Positions 55,937 to 64,000 are shown, numbered from the stretch's first letter. The stretch is DNA of 64,000 nucleotides from Oscillospiraceae bacterium (GCA_031262985.1 JAISGQ010000001.1:688-64687), one strand, 5' to 3'. The notes: generated by a model from the letters alone, not told the origin. Made by a program: numbers and translations.

Positions 55937-56144
55937 ATGCTGTGCTATCTTCTATTGCAAATAGTTCATCTAAAGGCTTTGTGCTTCCTAAATAGTTCTT
56001 TATTGCAAATGCTTCATTGAGAGTAAATTTGCCCTTGCCTTTTAACTTGTAATTAAGAGCATTGAGAGTAATGCCGAGGGCTTCTGCTAAGTCGGCAGAA
56101 GTTTTTCTTTTTGACAGCAACTCTATCTGTAGATTAATAAACAC
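55935..56144 (-). CDS. Cro-like XRE-family HTH protein
   Basis: KTSADLAEALGITLNALNYKLKGKGKFTLNEA is a classic XRE HTH. The gene is divergent from the repressor gene. A GTG start at 56144 is preferred over TTG at 56150 because of its spacing from GGAGGTGA. Confidence 0.6.
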   Translation of the reverse strand: MFINLQIELLSKRKTSADLAEALGITLNALNYKLKGKGKFTLNEAFAIKNYLGSTKPLDELFAIEDSTA

Positions 56145-56167
56145 GAACAATCACCTCCTTTAATTTG

Positions 56168-56181
56168 TACGAATATTCGTA
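56168..56181. promoter_or_regulatory. operator: perfect 14-bp palindrome TACGAATATTCGTA
   Basis: It lies between the Cro-like promoter -10 box and its RBS. Related TTCGTAA(A) half-sites occur at 56207, 56229 and 56237. Confidence 0.55.
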
Positions 56182-56191
56182 ACATGATTTA

Positions 56192-56219
56192 ATTATATTC
56201 GGATTTTCGTAAATGTCAA
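56192..56219 (-). promoter_or_regulatory. consensus promoter for the Cro-like gene / lytic transcription
   Basis: On the minus strand: TTGACA (56219-56214), a 16-nt spacer, TATAAT (56197-56192). Confidence 0.6.
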
Positions 56220-56291
56220 CACTTATTTTCGTAAATTCGTAAATTAATTTTAAGTTTTATATTTATATTTTCGGTTTTTCGCAAATTATTG

Positions 56292-56320
56292 TTGATTTAT
56301 TAAAAAACATCTGATATACT
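56292..56320 (+). promoter_or_regulatory. promoter of the repressor gene
   Basis: TTGATT (56292-56297), a 17-nt spacer, TATACT (56315-56320). Confidence 0.5.
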
Positions 56321-56346
56321 TGGAACAAATTAAAGGAGGGTTAATT

Positions 56347-56889
56347 TTGAGTATTGAAGAAGAATTAAGGCAACACATATTGTTTGAATATGGAAGCATC
56401 AGACAATTTTCGATTGCCGCTAATATTCCTAATTCCACAGTTGAAACAATATTAAATCGAGGCATCGGAAATGCAAATGTCACAAATATTATAAATATGT
56501 GCAAAACCTTAAAAATATCTGTCGATTCGCTGTGTTATGGTAAAATAGAATTTGTCTCCCCGATTGTCGAAACGATAGGTGCAAAAAAAACACACTATAC
56601 TCCTCATCAAAAAGCTGTGATAGAAGCTTATATACAAAAGCCCGAAATGCAACTGGCAGTAGATAGATTGCTGGAGGTTAACACGCCTCCACGCGCAGAA
56701 CCGGAAGCACCCTACAGCATAGGGCGGTCAGTCGCATACGGAGGTCGCGAGATGTTCCATCCTCATACGCAAGCGGAGTACGGGAATATTCAAAAATTAG
56801 CCGAGGAAGCATTTGCTGAGGAAGAAGAAAACAAGCGTAAGAGAAAGAAAGAACTGGAAGAAGCTCAGAGGATTCTTGACCAGCTATAA
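56347..56889 (+). CDS. prophage repressor, XRE family (ImmR/CI-like)
   Basis: HTH segment GSIRQFSIAANIPNSTVETILNRG. The TTG at 56347 lies 7 nt after AAAGGAGGG. The upstream start at 56320 given in the ORF track falls inside the -10 box. Confidence 0.65.
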   Translation: MSIEEELRQHILFEYGSIRQFSIAANIPNSTVETILNRGIGNANVTNIINMCKTLKISVDSLCYGKIEFVSPIVETIGAKKTHYTPHQKAVIEAYIQKPEMQLAVDRLLEVNTPPRAEPEAPYSIGRSVAYGGREMFHPHTQAEYGNIQKLAEEAFAEEEENKRKRKKELEEAQRILDQL

Positions 56890-57005
56890 AGATTAAATTG
56901 ATACAAAATAAACACGAATAAAACTCCGTTACCAATATTTACCTGTTAAAAAACAAGAATCCTCCAAGTAAAATTAAATGTAAATCTTACTTGGAGGACT
57001 GAAAA

Positions 57006-57803
57006 ATGAAGCTGTTTGATGATTACGTGAGGAAAAACGACCTTTCCCGAAGATACATAACACTCGAAATTATCGAAAGGTCGATTGCTTTGAGCGGTTA
57101 TAGGATAGTCACTTACGGTGAAAGTGTAACTATCGAAAGACTTGTAGACACTCTCGGAGTGCGTGACCGAACCAATGTTACCGATAGTTATACCTACTCA
57201 GAGGGCGGCGTAAAGGCAGTTTTTATCCGTTACGGAATAAGTGACAACGATAAGTTTGAGCTACTGGCGCATGAATTGGGACATATCCTGTACGGGAGCG
57301 CAGGCACATCCTCCGAGCAGGAGGACGCGGCGAATTCCTTTAAAGCGAATGTATTCCTTCATAACACGTCATTAGAGGAGCATACGCCCGTTGTCATAAA
57401 GCCTCGCTCGACCGCTCCTCTTACCGCTCCCAAGGGCGATAGAACAGGCGCGAATCTCTTGAAATTAGTCGTATTGCTTGCGGCGGTAGTGATAATTATC
57501 GTTGTTATAATCTTCTTGGCACGAGAGCCGAGTGAAAATCCTGCACCGTTATCAGAGGATAATATCGGCGTTTCCTCCGTTGTTGTTGATTCCGACCGCT
57601 CCTCCGCTCCGACAACGGCAGAGGGAGAAACACCACCAAGCGAAAGAATTGTGTGGGTCACACAAACGGGTGAGAAGTACCACAGCAAAACTTGCTCCTA
57701 CGTGCGGTACAAGACGAACATCGTAAGCATGGAGGAGGCAGAGGCAATCCGCATGAATTACGAGCCTTGCTCAAGGTGCAGAGGATATAAGGAGTATGAA
57801 TAA
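57006..57803 (+). CDS. ImmA/IrrE-family metalloprotease fused to a TM segment and a C-terminal Cys-rich domain
   Basis: HExxH motif (LLAHELGHILYG). TM segment LLKLVVLLAAVVIIIVVIIFLA. C-terminus VWVTQTGEKYHSKTCSYVRYKTNIVSMEEAEAIRMNYEPCSRC. It lies directly downstream of the XRE repressor. Confidence 0.6.
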   Translation: MKLFDDYVRKNDLSRRYITLEIIERSIALSGYRIVTYGESVTIERLVDTLGVRDRTNVTDSYTYSEGGVKAVFIRYGISDNDKFELLAHELGHILYGSAGTSSEQEDAANSFKANVFLHNTSLEEHTPVVIKPRSTAPLTAPKGDRTGANLLKLVVLLAAVVIIIVVIIFLAREPSENPAPLSEDNIGVSSVVVDSDRSSAPTTAEGETPPSERIVWVTQTGEKYHSKTCSYVRYKTNIVSMEEAEAIRMNYEPCSRCRGYKEYE

Positions 57804-57844
57804 AAACCGCCTGTTTTGGATAGGCGGCGAAAGGTCGATAAACT

Positions 57845-59017
57845 ATGATATGCCGAAAATGTAAGCAAGTAGTACCTGAAAACTCGATTTTTTGTATGTT
57901 TTGCGGAATATCTATCAAAAAAGGAGAAAACAAGAAACGACGAAAGAAGCTAACTCGGCGGCTCATGGGAAGCGGCACTATACGAAATTTGGGCGCGGGG
58001 CGGCATAAACCATACGCCGCTTATCTCCCGAGGTCGCTTGGAGAAAAATATATAGGCTCGTTTGCAACGGCGGCGGAGGCGGATATCGCTATCGCTTTGG
58101 CACGTACAAACAGATTGACAACCTCACGCGCCGACTGGACCGTAGAAGATTTTTATAATTTTTACGTAAATTCGGAATCGTTTAGCGATAAAGCGCAAGG
58201 AACGCGGGGGAGTGTTAAATCGTCATGGAGATATTGCGAGCAAATTAAAGACATTAAGATGTGCCAAGTAAAAACACAGGAATGGCAAAACTGTGTAGAT
58301 TTGGCATTGATGCAAGGCAAGTCAAGTTCCACTTGCCGAAATATCAAAGACTTAGCCTCCGCTCTATGTAAGGAGGCTATGAGGGATGATGTTATCACTA
58401 AAAATTATTCGACGTTGATAAATATGCCGAAAGATACTACAAGAAAAAAGGACATACTGAAAGAGACTGAGATTGAATTGCTGAAAGCGCATGACAACGA
58501 CTGGCGGGTGCGGCTGATTTTAATTTTAGCGTACACAGGTATGCGTATAGGCGAGTTGTTGACCATGCTTAACGATAATGTTTATGACAAGTATATGGTG
58601 GGCGGCGAAAAAACGGAGGCGGGGAAAAACAGGATAATCCCTATCTTGCCTGAAATATCCCAGTATATTATCAGATTGAAAAGCGAAGGCGAGAAGTATT
58701 TGGTTAATAAAAACGGGCGGAGAATGACCGAGAATTATTTTAGAAAATATGTTTTTTACGCGTGTATGGTAGAGTTGGAAATTATGACAGCGGAGGAAAC
58801 ACAGATCGGCGGCAAGCCTCGCTTAACTCCCCATTGTATGCGGCGTACCTTTGCGACAAAAGCGCGGCAGGCGGGAATTGAAAAAGATGTGTTGAAGCGA
58901 GTTGTAGGGCATACGGAATACGAGACTACCGATAAGCACTATATTGATATGCAGGCGGAGTATTTATGCGCGGAACTAATGAAAATGTCTAACCAAGTTA
59001 CTACTGCGTTACAGTGA
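57845..59017 (+). CDS. int: tyrosine integrase with an N-terminal zinc ribbon and an arm-binding-like domain
   Basis: N-terminal CRKC...CMFCG. The C-terminal catalytic pattern is HCMRRTFAT...VGHTEYETTDKHY. It ends 42 nt before attR. Confidence 0.85.
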   Translation: MICRKCKQVVPENSIFCMFCGISIKKGENKKRRKKLTRRLMGSGTIRNLGAGRHKPYAAYLPRSLGEKYIGSFATAAEADIAIALARTNRLTTSRADWTVEDFYNFYVNSESFSDKAQGTRGSVKSSWRYCEQIKDIKMCQVKTQEWQNCVDLALMQGKSSSTCRNIKDLASALCKEAMRDDVITKNYSTLINMPKDTTRKKDILKETEIELLKAHDNDWRVRLILILAYTGMRIGELLTMLNDNVYDKYMVGGEKTEAGKNRIIPILPEISQYIIRLKSEGEKYLVNKNGRRMTENYFRKYVFYACMVELEIMTAEETQIGGKPRLTPHCMRRTFATKARQAGIEKDVLKRVVGHTEYETTDKHYIDMQAEYLCAELMKMSNQVTTALQ

Positions 59018-59058
59018 TATAGCTAAAATGGCATGGTTGAGCCATTTTTAATAATTTA

Positions 59059-59116
59059 TGTTTGGCTACGAACCAAAAGGTCAGGGGTTCGAATCCCTTA
59101 CAGCGCGCCAGAAAAA
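59059..59116. repeat. attR core (displaced 3' half of tRNA-Arg)
   Basis: Identical to 28874-28931. It lacks the 5' half of the tRNA. Confidence 0.9.
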
Positions 59117-59188
59117 ACACGTGTAAGCCGTTAAGGCTTGCGCGTGGCTTTTTATATGCAAGCGTTGGGAGTCGAACGCCGAGGTTTA

Positions 59189-59212
59189 GAATCCCTTACA
59201 GCGCGCCAGAAA
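59189..59212. repeat. third, shorter copy of the tRNA-Arg 3' end
   Basis: gaatcccttacagcgcgccagaaa is identical to the last 24 nt of the att core. It lies 73 bp past attR. Confidence 0.8.
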
Positions 59213-59437
59213 GGTTAGTAGTGTTATGTAAAACTTCAAAAAAGGCTTACATAGCACTATTAGCTCAAATCGCCTGTCATGCCAAAGTCCCTTCCTGTCG
59301 CAGTACCGTGACTTGCTGTCTTATGTAGGGGCAGGAGTGGGAGAGTGGAGCAGAGCAGTACACTAATTAATCTCTATGAGCGGATTGCCGTACTTTCACT
59401 TAAAGATGCGTTCTAATTTGTTATTTGCTATTTGCCA

Positions 59438-59495
59438 TTAAAACTCCCTTTGTGCGAAATTGTCGGTGAATCAATTCGCACAAAGGGAGTTTTTG
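59438..59495 (-). terminator. intrinsic terminator downstream of rplL
   Basis: An 18-bp perfect stem (aaactccctttgtgcgaa / ttcgcacaaagggagttt) is followed by TTTTAA on the minus strand. Confidence 0.7.
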
Positions 59496-59530
59496 AAATT
59501 CTTTAATTACGCATTAAGAATTAAGCAAAA

Positions 59531-59899
59531 CTACTTAATCTCAACAGTAGCTCCTGCTTCCTTGAGCTGAGCGGCAACTGCCTCTGCGTCTTCCTTAGTA
59601 ACGCCTTCCTTGACTGTCTTAGGTGCACCCTCAACGAACTCCTTAGCTTCCTTAAGACCGAGAGCTGTGATAGTACGGATAGCCTTGATGACGTTCATCT
59701 TCGCGCCGCCGTCGTTTACGAGAACAACGTCGAAGGAAGTCTTCTCCTCAACCTCAGCCGCAGGACCTGCAACAACCTGTGCAACAGGAGCAGCAGCGGA
59801 GACGTTGAAACGCTCCTCGATAGCCTTAACAACTTCTGAAAGCTCGATTACTGTCATTTCAGCAATCATGTCAACAATCTGTGTAATTTTCTCAGACAT
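59531..59899 (-). CDS. rplL: 50S ribosomal protein L7/L12
   Basis: [33 protein letters not shown]...[41 protein letters not shown]. The start at 59899 follows GGAGG. Confidence 0.95.
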   Translation of the reverse strand: MSEKITQIVDMIAEMTVIELSEVVKAIEERFNVSAAAPVAQVVAGPAAEVEEKTSFDVVLVNDGGAKMNVIKAIRTITALGLKEAKEFVEGAPKTVKEGVTKEDAEAVAAQLKEAGATVEIK

Positions 59900-60014
59900 G
59901 GTAAAATCCTCCAATATTAATTATAATTTTTAAGTAATCCCTCTATCAGGCGCAGTACATCTCCCGTTTGCAGGAAATGCGGAATCGCCCTGATATTTTT
60001 CCCGATTCTTCCGA

Positions 60015-60554
60015 TTACTCGGCGGCGGGAGCTTCCTCTGCTGCGGGAGCGGCAGTTCCGTCTGACTTAGCGTCGGCGACAGCCTGCACAGCTCTTGCGA
60101 AGGATGCGATAATGCTGTTGCACGTTCCGGCGATAGTAGCGAGAAGTACGTCGCGTCCGGGGAGCTTGGCAAGCTTGTTGACCTCAGCGGCGGAGATAAC
60201 CTTTCCGTCCATGTAGCCCAGCTTTACCTCGAAGCCTGTCTTGCTCTTATCCGCGAATTCTGCGAGTATACGAGCGGCGTTTGTGTAGTCAGAATCGACA
60301 GCCACAGCCGTAGTACCCTCGAGAGCGGGGTCAAGTCCTTCGATGCCCGCCTTCTCTGCGGCACGGCGGAGGAGGGTGTTCTTGACTACTCTGTAGTCAA
60401 CTCCCGCCTCGCGAAGCTCCTTGCGGAGTTTGGTGTCAGCGGCAACCGTGATACCCTTGTAGCTCACGATTACGCCTACCTTCGACTGCTTGAGAATCTC
60501 AGCATAATCAGCGACAAACTGAATCTTCTGTTCAAGAATTGCGTTGCTTGGCAT
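60015..60554 (-). CDS. rplJ: 50S ribosomal protein L10
   Basis: VGVIVSYKGITVAADTKLRKELREAGVDYRVVKNTLLRRA. It lies upstream of rplL. The start at 60554 follows AGGAGGTGA. Confidence 0.9.
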   Translation of the reverse strand: MPSNAILEQKIQFVADYAEILKQSKVGVIVSYKGITVAADTKLRKELREAGVDYRVVKNTLLRRAAEKAGIEGLDPALEGTTAVAVDSDYTNAARILAEFADKSKTGFEVKLGYMDGKVISAAEVNKLAKLPGRDVLLATIAGTCNSIIASFARAVQAVADAKSDGTAAPAAEEAPAAE

Positions 60555-60762
60555 AATAAATTTCACCTCCTGATATGAATATTATGCTGTCACATTGTAT
60601 AGTAGTTCCACTGGACATTTACGATTTTCTTGACGGTCTTTTTGCCGTCAAACTTCGTTGTCCTTCTTGACTTGCGTCCAGCAAGCCGGCGTCGTCCGCC
60701 TTGTTTGGCAACAAAAATCCTCGCCAATAAAATCATATATGCCAAGCGGAACTACTATATAG

Positions 60763-60950
60763 AAAAACTCCTACCCTGTTGAGGATAGGAGTACATATCG
60801 GTTCTACGCTGTGCGAAAATTTGCGGGGATTACTCCTGCACGATTTATCCGATGCACGCGGTATAACGAAAGCTCCTCCTCGGCAGGCGGCACGGTGTGC
60901 CTTACACGAAATGTACCTGCGGTCTTTGGACAGCGAGTAAATCATAGCAT
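60763..60950 (-). ncRNA. candidate rplJ (L10) leader with an attenuator terminator
   Basis: This is the upstream part of a long untranslated region ahead of rplJ. It has paired segments (gaccgcaggt...gcctgccgagg). The hairpin actcctatcc/gggtaggagt followed by TTTTTCT lies at 60763-60792 (minus strand). Assignment to the L10 leader family is from memory and context only. Confidence 0.4.
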
Positions 60951-61142
60951 AGATATGGGCTTATGTCAAGGAGAAATTTGGGAAAAAGGCAAATGGAGAT
61001 GCAAGTTGACAGGCGACAGGTGGAAAGTGAAGGTTATCTGCCGCGACAAGCGAGGTTTAATTCATTATATTGACCTCGGGGGTATGAAATTTCTATAAAC
61101 TATTGACGGTATTTTTACTCCGCCGCAAATATTCCGAATATC

Positions 61143-62165
61143 CTACCCCACAGCACCCGCAAAGTCGAGGTAGCTGCCCTCGTTCCCCTCCTCCTGCCGT
61201 GTGGCGGAGGTGGTGGAAGCGGTAGTTTTCGCTGTAGTAGTTTTTGCTGTAGTAGTTTTTGCTGTAGTGGTAGTAGTTTTCGCGGGTGCGTCCTCAAAAT
61301 ACGGGTTGCCCTCCGCCCACTCGTCCGTAGGGTCCCAGCCGCTGTACTTCGCCGCCTTGTTCCTCTTTGGGATAGGACGTCCGGCAGGACCTTTCCCCGT
61401 GACGACCTTGACCTTCGTTCCTACAGGCACATTGTCGTAAATCCACTTCGCGTCGCGGACACACATACGGATACACCCGTGGGAGGCTCTTGTTCCCAGC
61501 CTGTCATAGCCGGCGTTACTCATGGCGTTGGGCTTTTTCTGGTCTCCCGGAACGGAGTGGAAAAGATAGCCGTTGCCTATCTCCGACGCGAACTGCCCGA
61601 ACGAGCCTTCCATCAAGCTGCGCCAGCGATACTGCGCCATGATTTTGTATGTACCGTAGTCGGTGGGGTTCGTCACCGTTCCCGTAGAGCAGATGAAGCT
61701 GATTTCGAGAATGGAGTACTTCCCGTCGTCGTCCTTTCGGTAAACTCCCACTGTCTGACTTCCGACATAGACGGTAATCTCGTATTTAGACGACACATTT
61801 TTTGCCGGAGATTTCGCCGCCGTAGTCTTCTCGGTTTTCGCGGCTACCGTCTTCTTTGTGGAGGAGGAGGTTTTTTTGCTCTCCTCGGTTTTATCTCCCT
61901 CGCCGTCTTTCTTCGAGGAGGACTGTCCCTGCTCCTCCTCGCCGACGTCCTCTGTGACAGAATCGCCGCTGTTCGGAGTTTGGCTGACGTTTGTGGTCAA
62001 CGCCCTGAAGGAGGAGGAGTATTTCGGCAGAACATAGCAAAACAGGATTCCCGATATCAGAAATACCGAGAGAACAATCCCTATGTGCTTGTTTTTATCT
62101 GCTCCTGCCGCTTTTTTCTTGCGGGAGTTGGATTTGGATTTTGATGAAGTTTTTCCCGATGCCAT
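61143..62165 (-). CDS. L,D-transpeptidase (YkuD domain) with an N-terminal anchor and low-complexity regions
   Basis: Catalytic motif GTRASHGCIRM. TM segment IGIVLSVFLISGILFCYV. C-terminal (KTTTA)n repeat. Confidence 0.8.
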   Translation of the reverse strand: MASGKTSSKSKSNSRKKKAAGADKNKHIGIVLSVFLISGILFCYVLPKYSSSFRALTTNVSQTPNSGDSVTEDVGEEEQGQSSSKKDGEGDKTEESKKTSSSTKKTVAAKTEKTTAAKSPAKNVSSKYEITVYVGSQTVGVYRKDDDGKYSILEISFICSTGTVTNPTDYGTYKIMAQYRWRSLMEGSFGQFASEIGNGYLFHSVPGDQKKPNAMSNAGYDRLGTRASHGCIRMCVRDAKWIYDNVPVGTKVKVVTGKGPAGRPIPKRNKAAKYSGWDPTDEWAEGNPYFEDAPAKTTTTTAKTTTAKTTTAKTTASTTSATRQEEGNEGSYLDFAGAVG

Positions 62166-62224
62166 AGGAATTTCTCCCTCCTGTTTGTGATGTTATTAGG
62201 GGTGGGTATGGGGGAATACAATCG

Positions 62225-62630
62225 TTTTGGCAGAAGCAGGGCGCAAGTGCTTCTCATGCTGTGTTTACTCTGGTCTCAGTAACCTGCGCAAAATGGGGGG
62301 ACGCAGGTTTAACTAACGGGGACGCACTATAGGGCGTAAGTGTTTCTCATGCTGCTTACTCTGACTTCAGTAACCTACGCAAAATGAGAGGACGCAAGTT
62401 TTCCTAACGGGGATGCACTATAGGTCGCACGGCGACCTATACAGGGAACCCCCCGACGAGGGTTCCCCTGCGAAAAAAATGTCCTTAGGGACATTTTTTT
62501 CTACCCCCTCCTGCGTTTTTGAACGATAAAGGATTTCGCCATCTGCGGATGGCGAGTCAGGGCTCTGCCCTAACAACCCGCAAGCCTTTAAAAAGGCTTG
62601 ACCTAAACTTTTCAGTCTTTGGCAACAGAT
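62225..62630. repeat. multi-hairpin intergenic repeat, copy B (inverted relative to 2089-2500)
   Basis: Two tandem units of about 95 bp (62230-62330, 62331-62425) are followed by the same six hairpins in reverse order (62419-62600). Confidence 0.85.
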
Positions 62631-62708
62631 TGAAGTTGGTGCTTTGTCTCCTTGGCAATAGATTGTAGTTGGGTGTGCCTCTTTGGCAACAGATTGAAGT
62701 TGAGTGTG
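62615..62708. repeat. three tandem units of about 31 bp (ttggcaacagattgaagttg + variable tail)
   Basis: The units start near 62617, 62650 and 62681. Copy A of the element has only one such unit (2086-2106, inverted). Confidence 0.8.
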
Positions 62709-62710
62709 TA

Positions 62711-63445
62711 CTATAACACCTTCGACAGAAATTCCTTCAATCTCGGGTGCTTCGGATTTCCGAAGAACTCCGCCGGCTCTGCCTCCTCAACCACTAAGCC
62801 TTCATCCATGAACAGCACCCTCGTGCCGACCTCCTTGGCAAAGCCCATCTCGTGAGTGACTACCACCATAGTCATGCCATCCTCGGCAAGCTCCTTCATT
62901 ACCTCAAGCACCTCGCCCACCATCTCAGGGTCGAGTGCGGAGGTAGGTTCGTCAAAAAGCATAACCTCAGGGTCCATAGCCAGTGCGCGTACAATAGCGA
63001 TTCTCTGCTTCTGACCGCCCGAAATTTGGGAGGGATACGCGTCCGCCTTGTCGAGCAGTCCTACACGTTCTAAAAGCTCACGTCCGCGAGTTGCCGCCTC
63101 CTCCTTGGATTTGAGCTTGAGCGTAACAGGCGCGATTGTGATATTCTCCAGCACCGTAAGGTGAGGAAACAGATTGAAGTGCTGAAAGACCATGCCCATC
63201 TTCTGACGGAGCTTGTCCACGTCGCACTTAGGGTCGGTCAGCTCCGCGCCGTCGAGCATGACAGAGCCGCTTGTGGGTGTTTCCAGCATATTGAGACAGC
63301 GCAGGAACGTACTTTTGCCCGAGCCGGAAGGACCGACGATTACAACCTTCTCGCCCTTCTTTATCTCCTGTGTGATTCCCTTGAGGACGGCGAGCTTTCC
63401 GTTCGCGGTGTCGAAGTCCTTTGTAAGATTTTTAACGGCTATCAC
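62711..63445 (-). CDS. amino-acid ABC transporter ATP-binding protein (GlnQ-like)
   Basis: Walker [10 protein letters not shown], signature ISGGQKQR, Walker [12 protein letters not shown]. Confidence 0.9.
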   Translation of the reverse strand: MIAVKNLTKDFDTANGKLAVLKGITQEIKKGEKVVIVGPSGSGKSTFLRCLNMLETPTSGSVMLDGAELTDPKCDVDKLRQKMGMVFQHFNLFPHLTVLENITIAPVTLKLKSKEEAATRGRELLERVGLLDKADAYPSQISGGQKQRIAIVRALAMDPEVMLFDEPTSALDPEMVGEVLEVMKELAEDGMTMVVVTHEMGFAKEVGTRVLFMDEGLVVEEAEPAEFFGNPKHPRLKEFLSKVL

Positions 63446-64000
63446 GTTTCCTCAGCCTCCCTTCCAATGCTCTTAATCCGATTGTCATTAACTTTACTAT
63501 TATGAAGTAGACCACCGCAATGGCGATAAGCGGCATGAACGCCTTGTATGTGCGGCTTATGATGAAGTCGCCCGCCTTGGTGAGGTCAACCGCGCCGATG
63601 TAACCGACTATTGACGTCTCCTTTAAAAGGACTATCGCCTCGTTGCCCATTGCGGGCAGGATATTCTTTATCGCCTGAGGAATAATGATTTTTCCCATTG
63701 TCTGGGAGTAATTCATGCCTAAGGAGCGTCCTGCCTCCATCTGTCCTTTATCGACAGAGAGTATTCCTCCGCGTATTATTTCTGATACATATGCCGAAGA
63801 GTTTATTCCGAACGCTATGACAGCCGCCAGTTCCTTATCTACCTGAAACGGCGCGAGAATGGCGAAATAAACTATCATGAGCTGAACAACCGTAGGAGTT
63901 CCCCTTATTACGTCTATGTAGCCGTAGGCGAACCGTGACCATATTGTTTTCTTTCCCCTGCGTTCGCTTGTCAGGCTCATTATTGAGAGAATCAGCCCGA
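63432..64000 (-). CDS. amino-acid ABC transporter permease (5' end beyond the window)
   Basis: EAA-loop motif [34 protein letters not shown]. The reading frame stays open to the window edge. Confidence 0.8.
   Translation of the reverse strand, partial: GLILSIMSLTSERRGKKTIWSRFAYGYIDVIRGTPTVVQLMIVYFAILAPFQVDKELAAVIAFGINSSAYVSEIIRGGILSVDKGQMEAGRSLGMNYSQTMGKIIIPQAIKNILPAMGNEAIVLLKETSIVGYIGAVDLTKAGDFIISRTYKAFMPLIAIAVVYFIIVKLMTIGLRALEGRLRKRDSR

Larger units (their letters stand above)
28874..59116. mobile_element. complete temperate siphovirus-type prophage (about 30.2 kb) integrated into tRNA-Arg(ACG)
   Basis: Identical 58-bp att repeats bound the element. A tyrosine integrase sits next to attR. 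Full lysis, tail, HK97-type head, terminase, early and lysogeny modules are present. G+C is lower than in the flanks. Confidence 0.9.

Noticed and set aside
56320-56346. The upstream TTG start of the repressor ORF given in the ORF track
   Set aside because: It coincides with the predicted -10 box and precedes the strong RBS AAAGGAGGG. The in-frame TTG at 56347 was preferred.
28874-59116. The element as a phage satellite (PICI-like) rather than a prophage
   Set aside because: It encodes its own complete head, tail, packaging and lysis modules and is about 30 kb long.
60733-61098. ORFs of 70 aa (minus) and 95 aa (plus) between rplJ and the L,D-transpeptidase
   Set aside because: They lie in the structured rplJ leader region, have no RBS and have no recognisable motifs.

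Overview
This 64-kb window comes from a moderately GC-rich chromosome that looks like a spore-forming Firmicutes/Clostridia genome. That assignment is inferred from sleB, addAB, rplJ-rplL and Gram-positive-style RBS and sigma-A promoters. All calls come from reading the sequence and the ORF translations; nothing was searched or computed. Layout: (1) 1-1215 is a junction of gene fragments: the tail of a PglX/type IIG-like methyltransferase, an internal piece of a large serine recombinase, and a broken acyltransferase. (2) 1.3-20.9 kb carries host genes, mostly on the minus strand: a DUF1538 membrane protein with a P-II-like partner, a PHP phosphoesterase, three paralogous Pro/Glu/Val/Ala-rich membrane proteins, AddA/AddB with in-frame tandem-repeat insertions, initiator tRNA-Met and a DUF362/4Fe-4S protein. 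(3) 20.95-23.28 kb is a sharply AT-rich two-gene island encoding an ABC/AAA_21-type ATPase and an overlapping RloB/TOPRIM-like protein. This is AbiL/PARIS-like anti-phage architecture and is the best candidate for a defence system in the window. It has its own consensus promoter and an operator-like palindrome. (4) 23.3-28.9 kb holds a frameshifted putP, sleB, a ROK regulator, an AT-rich APH-family kinase cassette bracketed by about 165-bp direct repeats of the ROK 3' end, tRNA-Ala(CGC) and tRNA-Arg(ACG). (5) 28,874-59,116 is a complete temperate siphovirus-type prophage of about 30.2 kb in the 3' half of tRNA-Arg, bounded by a 58-bp att duplication. From left to right it carries lysis, tail, HK97-type head, HNH/terminase, an early region (HUH Rep-like, Lar-like, radical SAM, methyltransferase remnant) and a lysogeny module (Cro-like, XRE repressor, membrane-anchored ImmA-like protease, tyrosine integrase). 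(6) 59.5-64 kb carries rplL, rplJ with a long leader, an L,D-transpeptidase and an amino-acid ABC transporter. Intergenic DNA is unusually rich in repeated modules: a multi-hairpin element of about 420 bp present in inverted copies near both window ends, ACAGNTG heptamer arrays, and a 140-nt module downstream of genes that ends in a terminator. I saw no CRISPR array, rRNA or transposase.
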